This document shows, in pieces, positions 56,919 through 64,000 of a stretch of DNA of 64,000 bases; positions within the stretch are counted from its first letter, which is position 1; every line of letters starts with the position of its first letter. The translations under genes were made by a program, and so were the position numbers. The notes under the pieces are model-generated. The model was not told where the DNA came from, did not search any database, and saw nothing but the letters and a program-made list of their open reading frames with translations. This DNA is from Candidatus Zipacnadum vermilionense (lineage in GTDB: Bacteria; Armatimonadota; Zipacnadia; Zipacnadales; Zipacnadaceae), in NCBI GenBank assembly GCA_029821755.1, contig JALGSV010000002.1:18591-82590 (forward strand), in the 5' to 3' direction.

Positions 56919-58724
56919 ATGACGACCCCGCACCTTACGACAGGTGATGAGCCCATGGATACTGAAACCCTACCTTCTGGCGCCCGGTTTGCTTTCTGGG
57001 AGGATGAGACGGTCTACCGCGCCGTTTTCCACGTAGATCAGCAACATCCCGCTGCCTCCGACGACAATCCGGGTAGGGAAGAAGCGCCTTTCCGCACTAT
57101 CAACGCCGCGGCGCAGCGGTTGCAGCCGGGAGAGAAGGTGGTGATCCACGCCGGCCTCTATCGTGAATGCGTGCGGCCGGCGCGAGGAGGCACGGGACCG
57201 GAGGCGATGATCGCCTACGAAGCCGCACCCGGCGAGCGCGTGGTGGTGCGCGGGTCCGAGGTCTGGACGCCGTCGGCCCGCCCCAGTGCTGGCTATGCGC
57301 TACGGCCGACCCCGGAGGGCGCCCCCTGGATGGCGGAGTTGCCCGAGATCTTCAGCGAAGACTACAACCCCTTCCTCCTGCGCAACGCCTATGACTACCT
57401 GGAGCAGTACGGTAACCTGAGCGACAAGCGGTTCCTCCGGCGAGCTTTGCAGCGCCGCGGCATGGTCTTCGTCGACGGCGTGCCGCTGGAGCAGGTCTAC
57501 CGCTTCCGCGACCTGGCGGGGCACGCCGGGGCTTTTTGGGTGGAGGAACCGGGCCGACGCCTGCACGTTCGCCTGCCCGGGGATGCCGACCCCGCGCAGC
57601 ACAAGATCGAGGTGACGGCGCGCGAGCAGATCTTCGCGCCGCGCGAGTTCGGCCTGGGCTACCTGCGCGTGAGCGGCCTCCTCTTTGAGCACGCGGCGGA
57701 CGGCTTGCCGGTCCCCCAGCGCGCCGCGGTCAGCACCATGCGCGGACACCATTGGATCATCGAGAACTGCGAGGTTGCCTGGGCCAACGCCTGCGGGATG
57801 GATATCGGCGCTCAGACCTGGGATGCCACCGTCCCCGATCCCACCGGAGGCCATATCATCCGGGGCAACACCATCCGGCAGTGCGGCGTGTGCGGCTTGG
57901 CCGGCGCCCTGGGTGTGCACCACACGCTGGTCGAGGGCAACACCTTTGAGCATATCGGGACCCTGAACCTCGAGCGGATGTGGGAATGCGCCGGCCTCAA
58001 GTTCCATCTGGCGGAGCACTGCCTGATCCGGGGCAACGTGTTCCGCCACCTTCACAACGCCCTTGGTCTCTGGCTCGATTGCAGCAACGTGGACAACCGA
58101 GTCACGGGTAACGTGTTCACTGATATCGAGACTCTCGCCGCCGCCGTCTACATGGAGATGAATTTCGAGCGGAACCTGGTTGACCACAACGTCTTCTGGG
58201 ACATACGCTCGGCGGACCCCGCCGGGGACAGTTCCGGACATTCCGGGTCCGCGATTCGCTCCGACTGCAACGAAGCGCTCCTCGTGGCGCACAACTTCAT
58301 CGGCCGTACGCAGGGGTACGGCATAGACTTCTCCCTGAACCAGAGTGATCGGCGTCACGAGGGGCGTACCGGCTTGTGCCGCGCCAACGAGGCCTACAAC
58401 AACGTCCTCTACCGCTGCCCCCATCGCGTGCACCTGGGCCGGCGGGAGGAAAACTGCAGCGACGGCAATCTGTTCGACTTGACCGATGACCAGTATTCCT
58501 TTGAGATCGCCTTCCCCGCGCCGGGGTGCTATCAGAATCTGGCCGGCTGGCAGCGCTACTTCGACCTCGATCTGCACTCCGCTCAGGCCCACCTGTCCGC
58601 GGAGGTCGATCCGGAGACCGGCGATCTCAATTGGAGCACCGACGGCTCGCTACCGACAACGCAGCCGGTCGACGCCCTGCCGGAGAGCGCCCACCGCCGC
58701 AGGCCGGGTCCCTCCCGGGACTGA
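56919..58724 (+). CDS. right-handed parallel beta-helix (pectate-lyase fold) protein
   Basis: Repeated PbH1-type turns (NCEVAWANACGMDIG, GNTIRQCGVCGLAG, GNTFEHIG, GNVFRHLHNALGLWLDCSNVDNRVTGNVF). Start uncertain: ATG 56919 or 56955. Confidence 0.55.
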   Translation: MTTPHLTTGDEPMDTETLPSGARFAFWEDETVYRAVFHVDQQHPAASDDNPGREEAPFRTINAAAQRLQPGEKVVIHAGLYRECVRPARGGTGPEAMIAYEAAPGERVVVRGSEVWTPSARPSAGYALRPTPEGAPWMAELPEIFSEDYNPFLLRNAYDYLEQYGNLSDKRFLRRALQRRGMVFVDGVPLEQVYRFRDLAGHAGAFWVEEPGRRLHVRLPGDADPAQHKIEVTAREQIFAPREFGLGYLRVSGLLFEHAADGLPVPQRAAVSTMRGHHWIIENCEVAWANACGMDIGAQTWDATVPDPTGGHIIRGNTIRQCGVCGLAGALGVHHTLVEGNTFEHIGTLNLERMWECAGLKFHLAEHCLIRGNVFRHLHNALGLWLDCSNVDNRVTGNVFTDIETLAAAVYMEMNFERNLVDHNVFWDIRSADPAGDSSGHSGSAIRSDCNEALLVAHNFIGRTQGYGIDFSLNQSDRRHEGRTGLCRANEAYNNVLYRCPHRVHLGRREENCSDGNLFDLTDDQYSFEIAFPAPGCYQNLAGWQRYFDLDLHSAQAHLSAEVDPETGDLNWSTDGSLPTTQPVDALPESAHRRRPGPSRD

Positions 58725-58807
58725 CGGCCTGGTTGGAGACTGCGACCCGGACCGGCCTTCACGGCGCGTGCTCGCCCTGTCGATCTTCGACTCCCCCCGG
58801 AGCCCTC

Positions 58808-59412
58808 ATGCCCGACCTAACCTCTCGCCTGCCTCTACCCAAGATCGGCCTCCTGCCCCTGGGCCACTCCTACTACTGGGACCAGTTCCCGCGCCTGCAG
58901 GAGATGGGCCGGCGCATGGGGGCGAAGCTGCGCGCACGACTGGAGGCCCTCGGCGAGGTCATCGCCCTCGACCTCGTAGACACGCCGGAAAAGTCCGCCG
59001 CTGCGGGTGACCTCTTCCGCCGCGAGCGGATTGACTTGCTGCTGGTCTTCCCCTTCGGCTACACGCCAGGGATGAACCTCGTCCCCGCTGTCCGCGGTCT
59101 AGATGTCCCCCTGCGCCTGCTCAACGCCCACGAGGACTCCTCCTACGACTACGCCGCCGCCGACACCACCGACTACCTCCGCCACGAGGGCGTCTGCTGC
59201 ATCCCGGAGTTCGCCGGAGCGCTGGTGGCGCTGGGCCGGAGATTCCGGGTGATCACCGGCCCTTCGGCGAGGAGCGACTCTGGGAGGAGATCCGCATGGA
59301 CGCTTGGTGCCAACAGGGCGCCGCCCATCACCTCGCGCTGGGGCTAGGTGACCGCCGGCGGGAGCTAGCCGCGTTCGCGGAGGCGATGGGGTGGGAGTAC
59401 GTGGAGGTCTAG
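58808..59412 (+). pseudogene. hypothetical ~200-aa protein with apparent -1 frameshift near 59255-59263 (or sequencing error)
   Basis: Frame A (MPDLTSRLPLPKIGLLPLGHSYYWDQF...) turns to Arg/Ser-rich junk after RVITGP. The -1 frame continues protein-like (FGEERLWEEIRMDAWCQQGAAHHLALGLGDRRRELAAFAEAMGWEYVEV) to TAG at 59410. Confidence 0.4.
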
Positions 59413-59541
59413 CGGAGGATGCCTCGATTCTGTGGGGAGCGGGCCTGGACCCTTCCTCAGGGAGGAGAATCCCCTCCCCGCGGCGCATCTTATTCTCGCC
59501 GGGCCTTGTCGCCCCTCACCCCCTATTGCGGATGTGAACCA

Positions 59542-60936
59542 ATGGATCGCTCTTCCCCTCCCCATATCCTCCTGCTCATGACCGACCAGCAGCGCTGGGA
59601 TACGCTCGGCGCCCTCGGGTTTCCGCACGTCCTGACCCCGCATCTCGACAGCCTGGTGCGCCGCGGCGTGGCCTTCACCAACGCCTATGTGCAGGGCGCC
59701 ATCTGCGGGCCCTCGCGCGCCAGTCTGGTCACCGGCCAGTACGTCCACGCCCACGGCGCCGAGGGGAACGAGACCTGGCCCGACGCCTCTCATCCCAACT
59801 GGATCGAGGCCCTGCGCACCGCCGGCTACCACACCGCCAATATCGGCAAGATGCACACCGCGCCGATCTACCTGCCCTGCGGCTTTGACTACCGCTGGGT
59901 GGTGGAGAACAAGAACTACATGCAGGGCGTGATGGGCCCGCCGGACGACTTCGACAAGCTCCTGGCCGAGCGCGGCCTGCTCCGCCCGGCCCAGCGCTAC
60001 GCCGAGACCGTCCCCGACTGGTACGACTACCTCCAGGCCGCGATCTGGCCCTACGACGACGACCTGTACCCGGACAACGTCATCGGCCGGCGCACGCTGG
60101 AGTACCTGGAGCGCCACGACTGGTCACAGCCGCTCTTCTTCTGGGCGGGCTTCGTCGGCCCGCATGACCCTTACGACGTCCCGGCGAGCGCCCTGGAGCG
60201 CTATGCGGACGTGGCCATCCCCGATCCGGTCGGCTTCCCCGGCGAGGCGGAAACCAAGCCTGCCTCCCACCGGCGGGCCATGGAGCAGATGGATGGCTGG
60301 ACCCACCCAGCCGCCATCTGGTGGTCCCGCGCCACCCCCGAGCGCGTCCGGCGCATGCGGCGCCACTACTACGCGAACATTTCGCTGATTGACGACTGGG
60401 TGGGGAGGATCGTGGCGCTACTGGAGCGTCGGGGGGTGCTGGATAACACCTTGATCGTCTTCACCAGCGACCACGGCGACTGCCTAGGGGACCACGGCAA
60501 CGTCTACAAGTTCAGTACGCATTACGACGCCGTGGCCAAGACCCCGCTGGTGCTGGCCGGTCCGGGGATTCCGGCGCGGGGTCCGATGGCGCCGCTGGTG
60601 GAGCAGATCGACCTGGGACCGACGCTGCTCGAGCTAGCGGGCGCCGACCGGCCGGAGGGGATGCAGAGCGTTTCACTGGCGCCACTGCCGAACGGGGACA
60701 CGACCGCGCTGCACGAGGCAGTCTTCTCCGAGCACCTTCCCCCGCGGCTGATGGTGCGTGCCGAGGAGTGGAAGCTGGTGCACTACCCGCAAGAGCCGGA
60801 CGGAGAGCTATATAACCTGGCCGAGGACCCCGACGAGCTACACAACCTCTACGCCGACCCCGCCCATCGCTCCCAGCGCCAGGAGCTGGAGGAGCGCCTG
60901 CTCAATTGGCTGGTGGAGACGAGACGGAGGACCTGA
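59542..60936 (+). CDS. sulfatase (formylglycine-dependent arylsulfatase family)
   Basis: ILLLMTDQQRWDTLG and the CGPSRASLVTG (C-x-P-x-R) signature; conserved C-terminal sulfatase region (VFTSDHGD). Confidence 0.85.
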   Translation: MDRSSPPHILLLMTDQQRWDTLGALGFPHVLTPHLDSLVRRGVAFTNAYVQGAICGPSRASLVTGQYVHAHGAEGNETWPDASHPNWIEALRTAGYHTANIGKMHTAPIYLPCGFDYRWVVENKNYMQGVMGPPDDFDKLLAERGLLRPAQRYAETVPDWYDYLQAAIWPYDDDLYPDNVIGRRTLEYLERHDWSQPLFFWAGFVGPHDPYDVPASALERYADVAIPDPVGFPGEAETKPASHRRAMEQMDGWTHPAAIWWSRATPERVRRMRRHYYANISLIDDWVGRIVALLERRGVLDNTLIVFTSDHGDCLGDHGNVYKFSTHYDAVAKTPLVLAGPGIPARGPMAPLVEQIDLGPTLLELAGADRPEGMQSVSLAPLPNGDTTALHEAVFSEHLPPRLMVRAEEWKLVHYPQEPDGELYNLAEDPDELHNLYADPAHRSQRQELEERLLNWLVETRRRT

Positions 60937-60940
60937 GATT

Positions 60941-61011
60941 CCGCGTGGGGCGGGCTTTCTAGCCCGCCCTGCGATCCGCATGTTCATCAGACGCGGGCTC
61001 GTACCGCGCCC
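60941..61011. repeat. composite REP-like element: type A unit, conserved spacer CCGCATGTTCAT, type B unit GCGGGCTCGTACCGCGCCC
   Basis: Immediately after the sulfatase stop; the same spacer occurs at 63468. Confidence 0.7.
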
Positions 61012-61096
61012 CGCCAGGAGACCGGTTCACACGCCTAGGCGGTGGCCACCCGGCCGCCGGGCAGCCTCCACTATCTATCTTCCTCGCCACGTCTGC

Positions 61097-63322
61097 CTAC
61101 CCCTCCAGTGCCCTTCCCGCCGCCAGGGCCGCCAGTTCCGCTTCGCTCAGCGTCGTCTTTCCTTCCGCGCCGATCTCCACTACCTGGTTGTTGAGGATTA
61201 CCAGGACGCTGTCCCCTACGCTCATCTGCTGGTTGAGCGCCGGGAAGTTGCGGCTGAGCTGGAAGTAGGCCTCCGAGTACACCTGCACCCGCAGCGCTAT
61301 CTTCATCTCCGGCGTGTAGCGGGTGTCCTCCCAGCGAGTGCCCCGCTGGATGTACCCCCGCTGCCCCACGTTCTGGATGTTGGCGATGCGCTCGGTATCG
61401 CCCTTAGCGTTCAGGTAGGTGTTGGTCGCTCCCAGGCCTGTCTGGTACTGCAGGGCCTGCGCGTTCTGGGAACCCGCCATCGCGCTCCCGCCCGCCGTCG
61501 GCGCCGCGCCTGGGCCACGCATGGCCGGGCTCTCGGCGAGTACCCGAGCTCCGATATCTGCCGGCAGCAGCGCCTCCTTCTCCCGCGCCAGGAAGGCCGT
61601 GTACTCGGTTAGGATGCCGTACTCCAGGCTCAGCCTGACTACCTCGTCTATCAGTTCCTTGCTGGAGCCCTCGAGCCTGATTTCGTCCAGTAGGAACCCA
61701 ATCTTGCGCGAGGCCCACAGCGAGGCGATGTAGTCGGTGCCGGCCCGCGCCTCGGGGAAGTCCGCGGCTAACTCAAAAGTCTGAGAGCCACCGCCCATCG
61801 TCCCGGTCAGCAGGATGGTCGCCCGCCCCGCGCTGTCTGCCTTGTAACGCCCGAGGACCTGCACCTGCGAACCGTAGAACAGGTCCGGCAACTCCCGCGG
61901 GAAGGCGTCATACGTCTGCACCTGGCCCAGGTCTAACTGCAGGTCCGCCAGCACCGGCTGCGCGATCTTGGCGTAGAAGCTAGAGACTTTCTGCTCGATG
62001 TTCTCGTTGGGGCGGACGTAGGTGCTCAGGCCGTTGTTGTTGTAGGCCAACTTGTCCAGGAACGGAATCTTCACGTCGTAGCCTACCCCGAAGTCGAACA
62101 GCCGGGTGGGGGCCTTGATACTCTCCACCTGCTCGCGCACGTGCTTGAGAATCTTCTCGGGGTCCTGTTCGCCGACCGTGGGGTCCCCGTCGGTGAGGAA
62201 CACGAGGTACGAAGGCTGCCCCGCCTGGCGGTACTTCAGGGCCGCCGTCAGGGCGGTGTCAATATCCGTACCGCCCCGGGCCTCGAAGCCGGCGATGAAC
62301 TTGCGCGCCTCCCTAACCTTGTCCTCCGTGGCGGTCACCAGGCCGTTCGCGAAGTCCTCCACATGGTCGCTGAAGGCGATGATGTTGAACTTGTCCTGCG
62401 GGTTGAGGCTATTGACGCAGTAGGTGAGGGCGGCCTGGACCTGCTTGATCTTCTCCCCGGACATGCTGCCCGAGGTGTCCATGACGAAGACCACCTGCTT
62501 GGCCAAGATCTCCCCGCGCCCCTTGTCGGTAGTCGGCGCCGCCAGCAGCAGGAAGAAGCCGTCCTTGCCCGGCTCCTTGAAGGTGATCAAGCTCAGGCCC
62601 ACCGGGTCCTTCGCGGTATTGTAGTACAGCAGCAGATCGCGGTCCGGCTTGCTGTTGGTCTCCTCGTACGAGACCTTCACATGGTTGTCGGTCAGGCGGT
62701 TGCAGGAGATGTCGTGCGTCGGCGAGTAGACGGTGCCGATCGGCAGCTTGGAGTTGATGTCCGCGACGAAGGTCACGCTCTTGAGCGGCTTCGGCGAGAA
62801 CTTCTCGGTGGACAGCGGGTACAGGTAGGTGACGAGCCCCGCGTCGTAAGGGAGCAGTTCGGAGTATGAGAGTTGGATCCTCTGCTCGCCCCCGGCGGGA
62901 ATGGGGAAGATGCGTGCCTGGTAGGCGTTGTTGCCCGCGTAGGTGAGTAGGGCGGGGTCCTTGCGCCGGCGGACGATGTCCTCGTAGATGCGCTGGGCCT
63001 CTTCCTTGGTCAGCAGCTTGGCCGCCATCTCTTCGCCGTCGGCAATCAGGGTGAACTTCTGCACCACCGCCCCGGCGGGCAGGGGGAACATGTAGGTAGC
63101 CTCCTGCTCCCGGCCTGTCTCGTTCACGAAGACCTGGTCCACCGAGGTAGTGCAGACCTGGTCGGTGACTTCCATAGTCACGTGGTGGTACTTGATGGTG
63201 AAGTAGGGAACGTCGGGGTGGATGGCGGTCGGCGGGCCGGGGAGGAGAATCCCATCGGCAAGCGCCGCCGTACCGAGCAGAGAGAGAATGACAGCCAACC
63301 ACAGCGCTGATAGGTGTCGCAT
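61097..63322 (-). CDS. secreted VIT domain plus von Willebrand factor type A domain protein
   Basis: Signal peptide; VIT-like N-terminus; vWA MIDAS VVFVMDTSGSMSGEK...NIIAFSD...FLTDGDPT. AAGGGGG lies 9 nt upstream of ATG. GC content is somewhat lower (~62%) than the neighbours. Confidence 0.75.
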   Translation of the reverse strand: MRHLSALWLAVILSLLGTAALADGILLPGPPTAIHPDVPYFTIKYHHVTMEVTDQVCTTSVDQVFVNETGREQEATYMFPLPAGAVVQKFTLIADGEEMAAKLLTKEEAQRIYEDIVRRRKDPALLTYAGNNAYQARIFPIPAGGEQRIQLSYSELLPYDAGLVTYLYPLSTEKFSPKPLKSVTFVADINSKLPIGTVYSPTHDISCNRLTDNHVKVSYEETNSKPDRDLLLYYNTAKDPVGLSLITFKEPGKDGFFLLLAAPTTDKGRGEILAKQVVFVMDTSGSMSGEKIKQVQAALTYCVNSLNPQDKFNIIAFSDHVEDFANGLVTATEDKVREARKFIAGFEARGGTDIDTALTAALKYRQAGQPSYLVFLTDGDPTVGEQDPEKILKHVREQVESIKAPTRLFDFGVGYDVKIPFLDKLAYNNNGLSTYVRPNENIEQKVSSFYAKIAQPVLADLQLDLGQVQTYDAFPRELPDLFYGSQVQVLGRYKADSAGRATILLTGTMGGGSQTFELAADFPEARAGTDYIASLWASRKIGFLLDEIRLEGSSKELIDEVVRLSLEYGILTEYTAFLAREKEALLPADIGARVLAESPAMRGPGAAPTAGGSAMAGSQNAQALQYQTGLGATNTYLNAKGDTERIANIQNVGQRGYIQRGTRWEDTRYTPEMKIALRVQVYSEAYFQLSRNFPALNQQMSVGDSVLVILNNQVVEIGAEGKTTLSEAELAALAAGRALEG

Positions 63323-63397
63323 AGGTCGCGCCCCCTTGCGGGTCTGTGTGTCCTTGTTTCAGCCGATAGGACACCCCAGGGGGCAAAAGTGTTCCGC

Positions 63398-63514
63398 GTA
63401 GGGCGCGAGCGCGTGCCGCGCCCTCCCCGCCTTTTCCGCGTGGGGCGGGCTTCCAGCCCGCCACGGGAGCCGCATGTTCATGGGAGGGCGGGCTGGAAGC
63501 CCGCCCCACGCGGA
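63398..63514. repeat. REP-like cluster: type B variant (GTAGGGCGCGAGCGCGTGCCGCGCCCTCC) plus inverted type A pair with CTTCCAG variant and conserved CCGCATGTTCAT spacer
   Basis: Read from the sequence; its translation produces the GRAGWKPAP peptides seen in spurious ORFs. Confidence 0.75.
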
Positions 63515-63818
63515 GGAGAAGAACGACTTTCTGAACACAACCCGAGCCCGCGCTCTACAGAAGCGGAGCTACTCCCTACCCTCCAACAGCCCCGTGAACT
63601 GCGGCAGATACGGCGACCCGCCATGCCCCGCCTCCGGGTCCAGAAGGAAATACTTGTCCGGCCAGGTGATGGCGTTCGCCGCGGCGGTCATGCCGGCGGA
63701 CCTCCCCTCCCCCGGGCTTGCCGTGGTGCGGCGGCCCCGCCACCGTCGTGGCCGACAACTGCAACACCGCAGTTTCCTTTTACATAATCAGAGCTACATT
63801 ACCGCCAAACGTGGGCAC

Positions 63819-63847
63819 TTGACGAGGAGAGGGCCTACTGGTATAAT
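63819..63847 (+). promoter_or_regulatory. near-consensus sigma70 promoter TTGACG-N17-TATAAT in an AT-rich island
   Basis: Hexamers and 17-nt spacer read directly from the sequence, ~35 nt upstream of ATG 63881. The surrounding ~100 nt are AT-rich, unlike the rest of the window. Confidence 0.55.
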
Positions 63848-63880
63848 AAATTAGTACTTTGGTTTTTTGGGTAAAGAGAA

Positions 63881-64000
63881 ATGCATCTAACGGCGCGACA
63901 AAGAGAGTTCCTCGGCACACTGGTCGACATTTACCGCGAGCAGACCGAGGCTGTCCACTATGCTGACCTCGCCACAAGACTCGGGGTGAGCAAGTGGACG
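63881..64000 (+). CDS. 3'-truncated gene encoding an N-terminal HTH-containing putative transcriptional regulator
   Basis: MHLTARQREFLGTLVDIYREQTEAVHYADLATRLGVSKWT; helix-turn-helix-like LATRLGVS; runs off the window end. Confidence 0.4.
   Translation, partial: MHLTARQREFLGTLVDIYREQTEAVHYADLATRLGVSKWT

Noticed and set aside
60758-61612. 284-aa plus-strand ORF spanning the REP cluster and antisense to the vWA gene
   Set aside because: Contains the RGAGFLARP repeat translation and Arg/Pro-rich junk. The opposite strand encodes a well-supported VIT-vWA protein.
61097-63322. Lower GC of the vWA gene as evidence of horizontal transfer
   Set aside because: GC is only modestly reduced (~62%) and is explained by a Lys/Asp/Thr-rich composition. 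No flanking mobility genes; the adjacent REP elements occur elsewhere too.
1-64000. CRISPR arrays, tRNA or rRNA genes
   Set aside because: No regularly spaced direct repeats with unique spacers and no tRNA-like T-loop motifs (GGTTCGAATCC-type) were found on reading both strands. The palindromic repeats are dispersed, not arrayed.

Overview
High-GC (about 68%) bacterial chromosomal window. No rRNA, tRNA or CRISPR array was seen. It carries about 39 protein-coding genes in five neighbourhoods. (1) A polyphosphate-associated cluster: a CHAD-domain protein, a ROK glucokinase fused to an Mth938-like domain, an HD-domain (SpoT-hydrolase-like) protein, two tandem thymidylate-kinase-like P-loop kinases, and a Ppx/GppA phosphatase. 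(2) An 18-kb block of seven co-directional minus-strand cell-envelope genes: an LptD-like outer-membrane barrel; two paralogous single-pass fibronectin type III (FN3) proteins; three giant paralogous secreted proteins that share a C-terminal region of about 450 aa ending in a FlgD-Ig/T9SS-like domain; and an embedded clostripain-like cysteine peptidase (family C11). This block is the best candidate here for an undescribed surface-display or secretion system. (3) A glycan-degradation set: GH2, GH38-like, heparinase II/III-like lyases, CBM-bearing secreted proteins, a sulfatase and a parallel beta-helix protein, with a HlyD plus ABC-2 exporter operon. (4) A pterin/folate cluster (PCD, a PTR1-like reductase, folB-folK-folE) interrupted by a low-GC Cys/Met-rich DUF2769-like gene that is bracketed by a shared structured leader motif. 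(5) A VIT-vWA protein and the start of an HTH regulator behind a near-consensus sigma70 promoter in an AT-rich island. A family of GC-rich palindromic intergenic repeats (REP-like) recurs at six or more loci and causes several spurious ORF extensions in the six-frame track. The ORF track uses ATG, GTG and TTG starts; the start coordinates given here are best estimates and may be off by a few bases.
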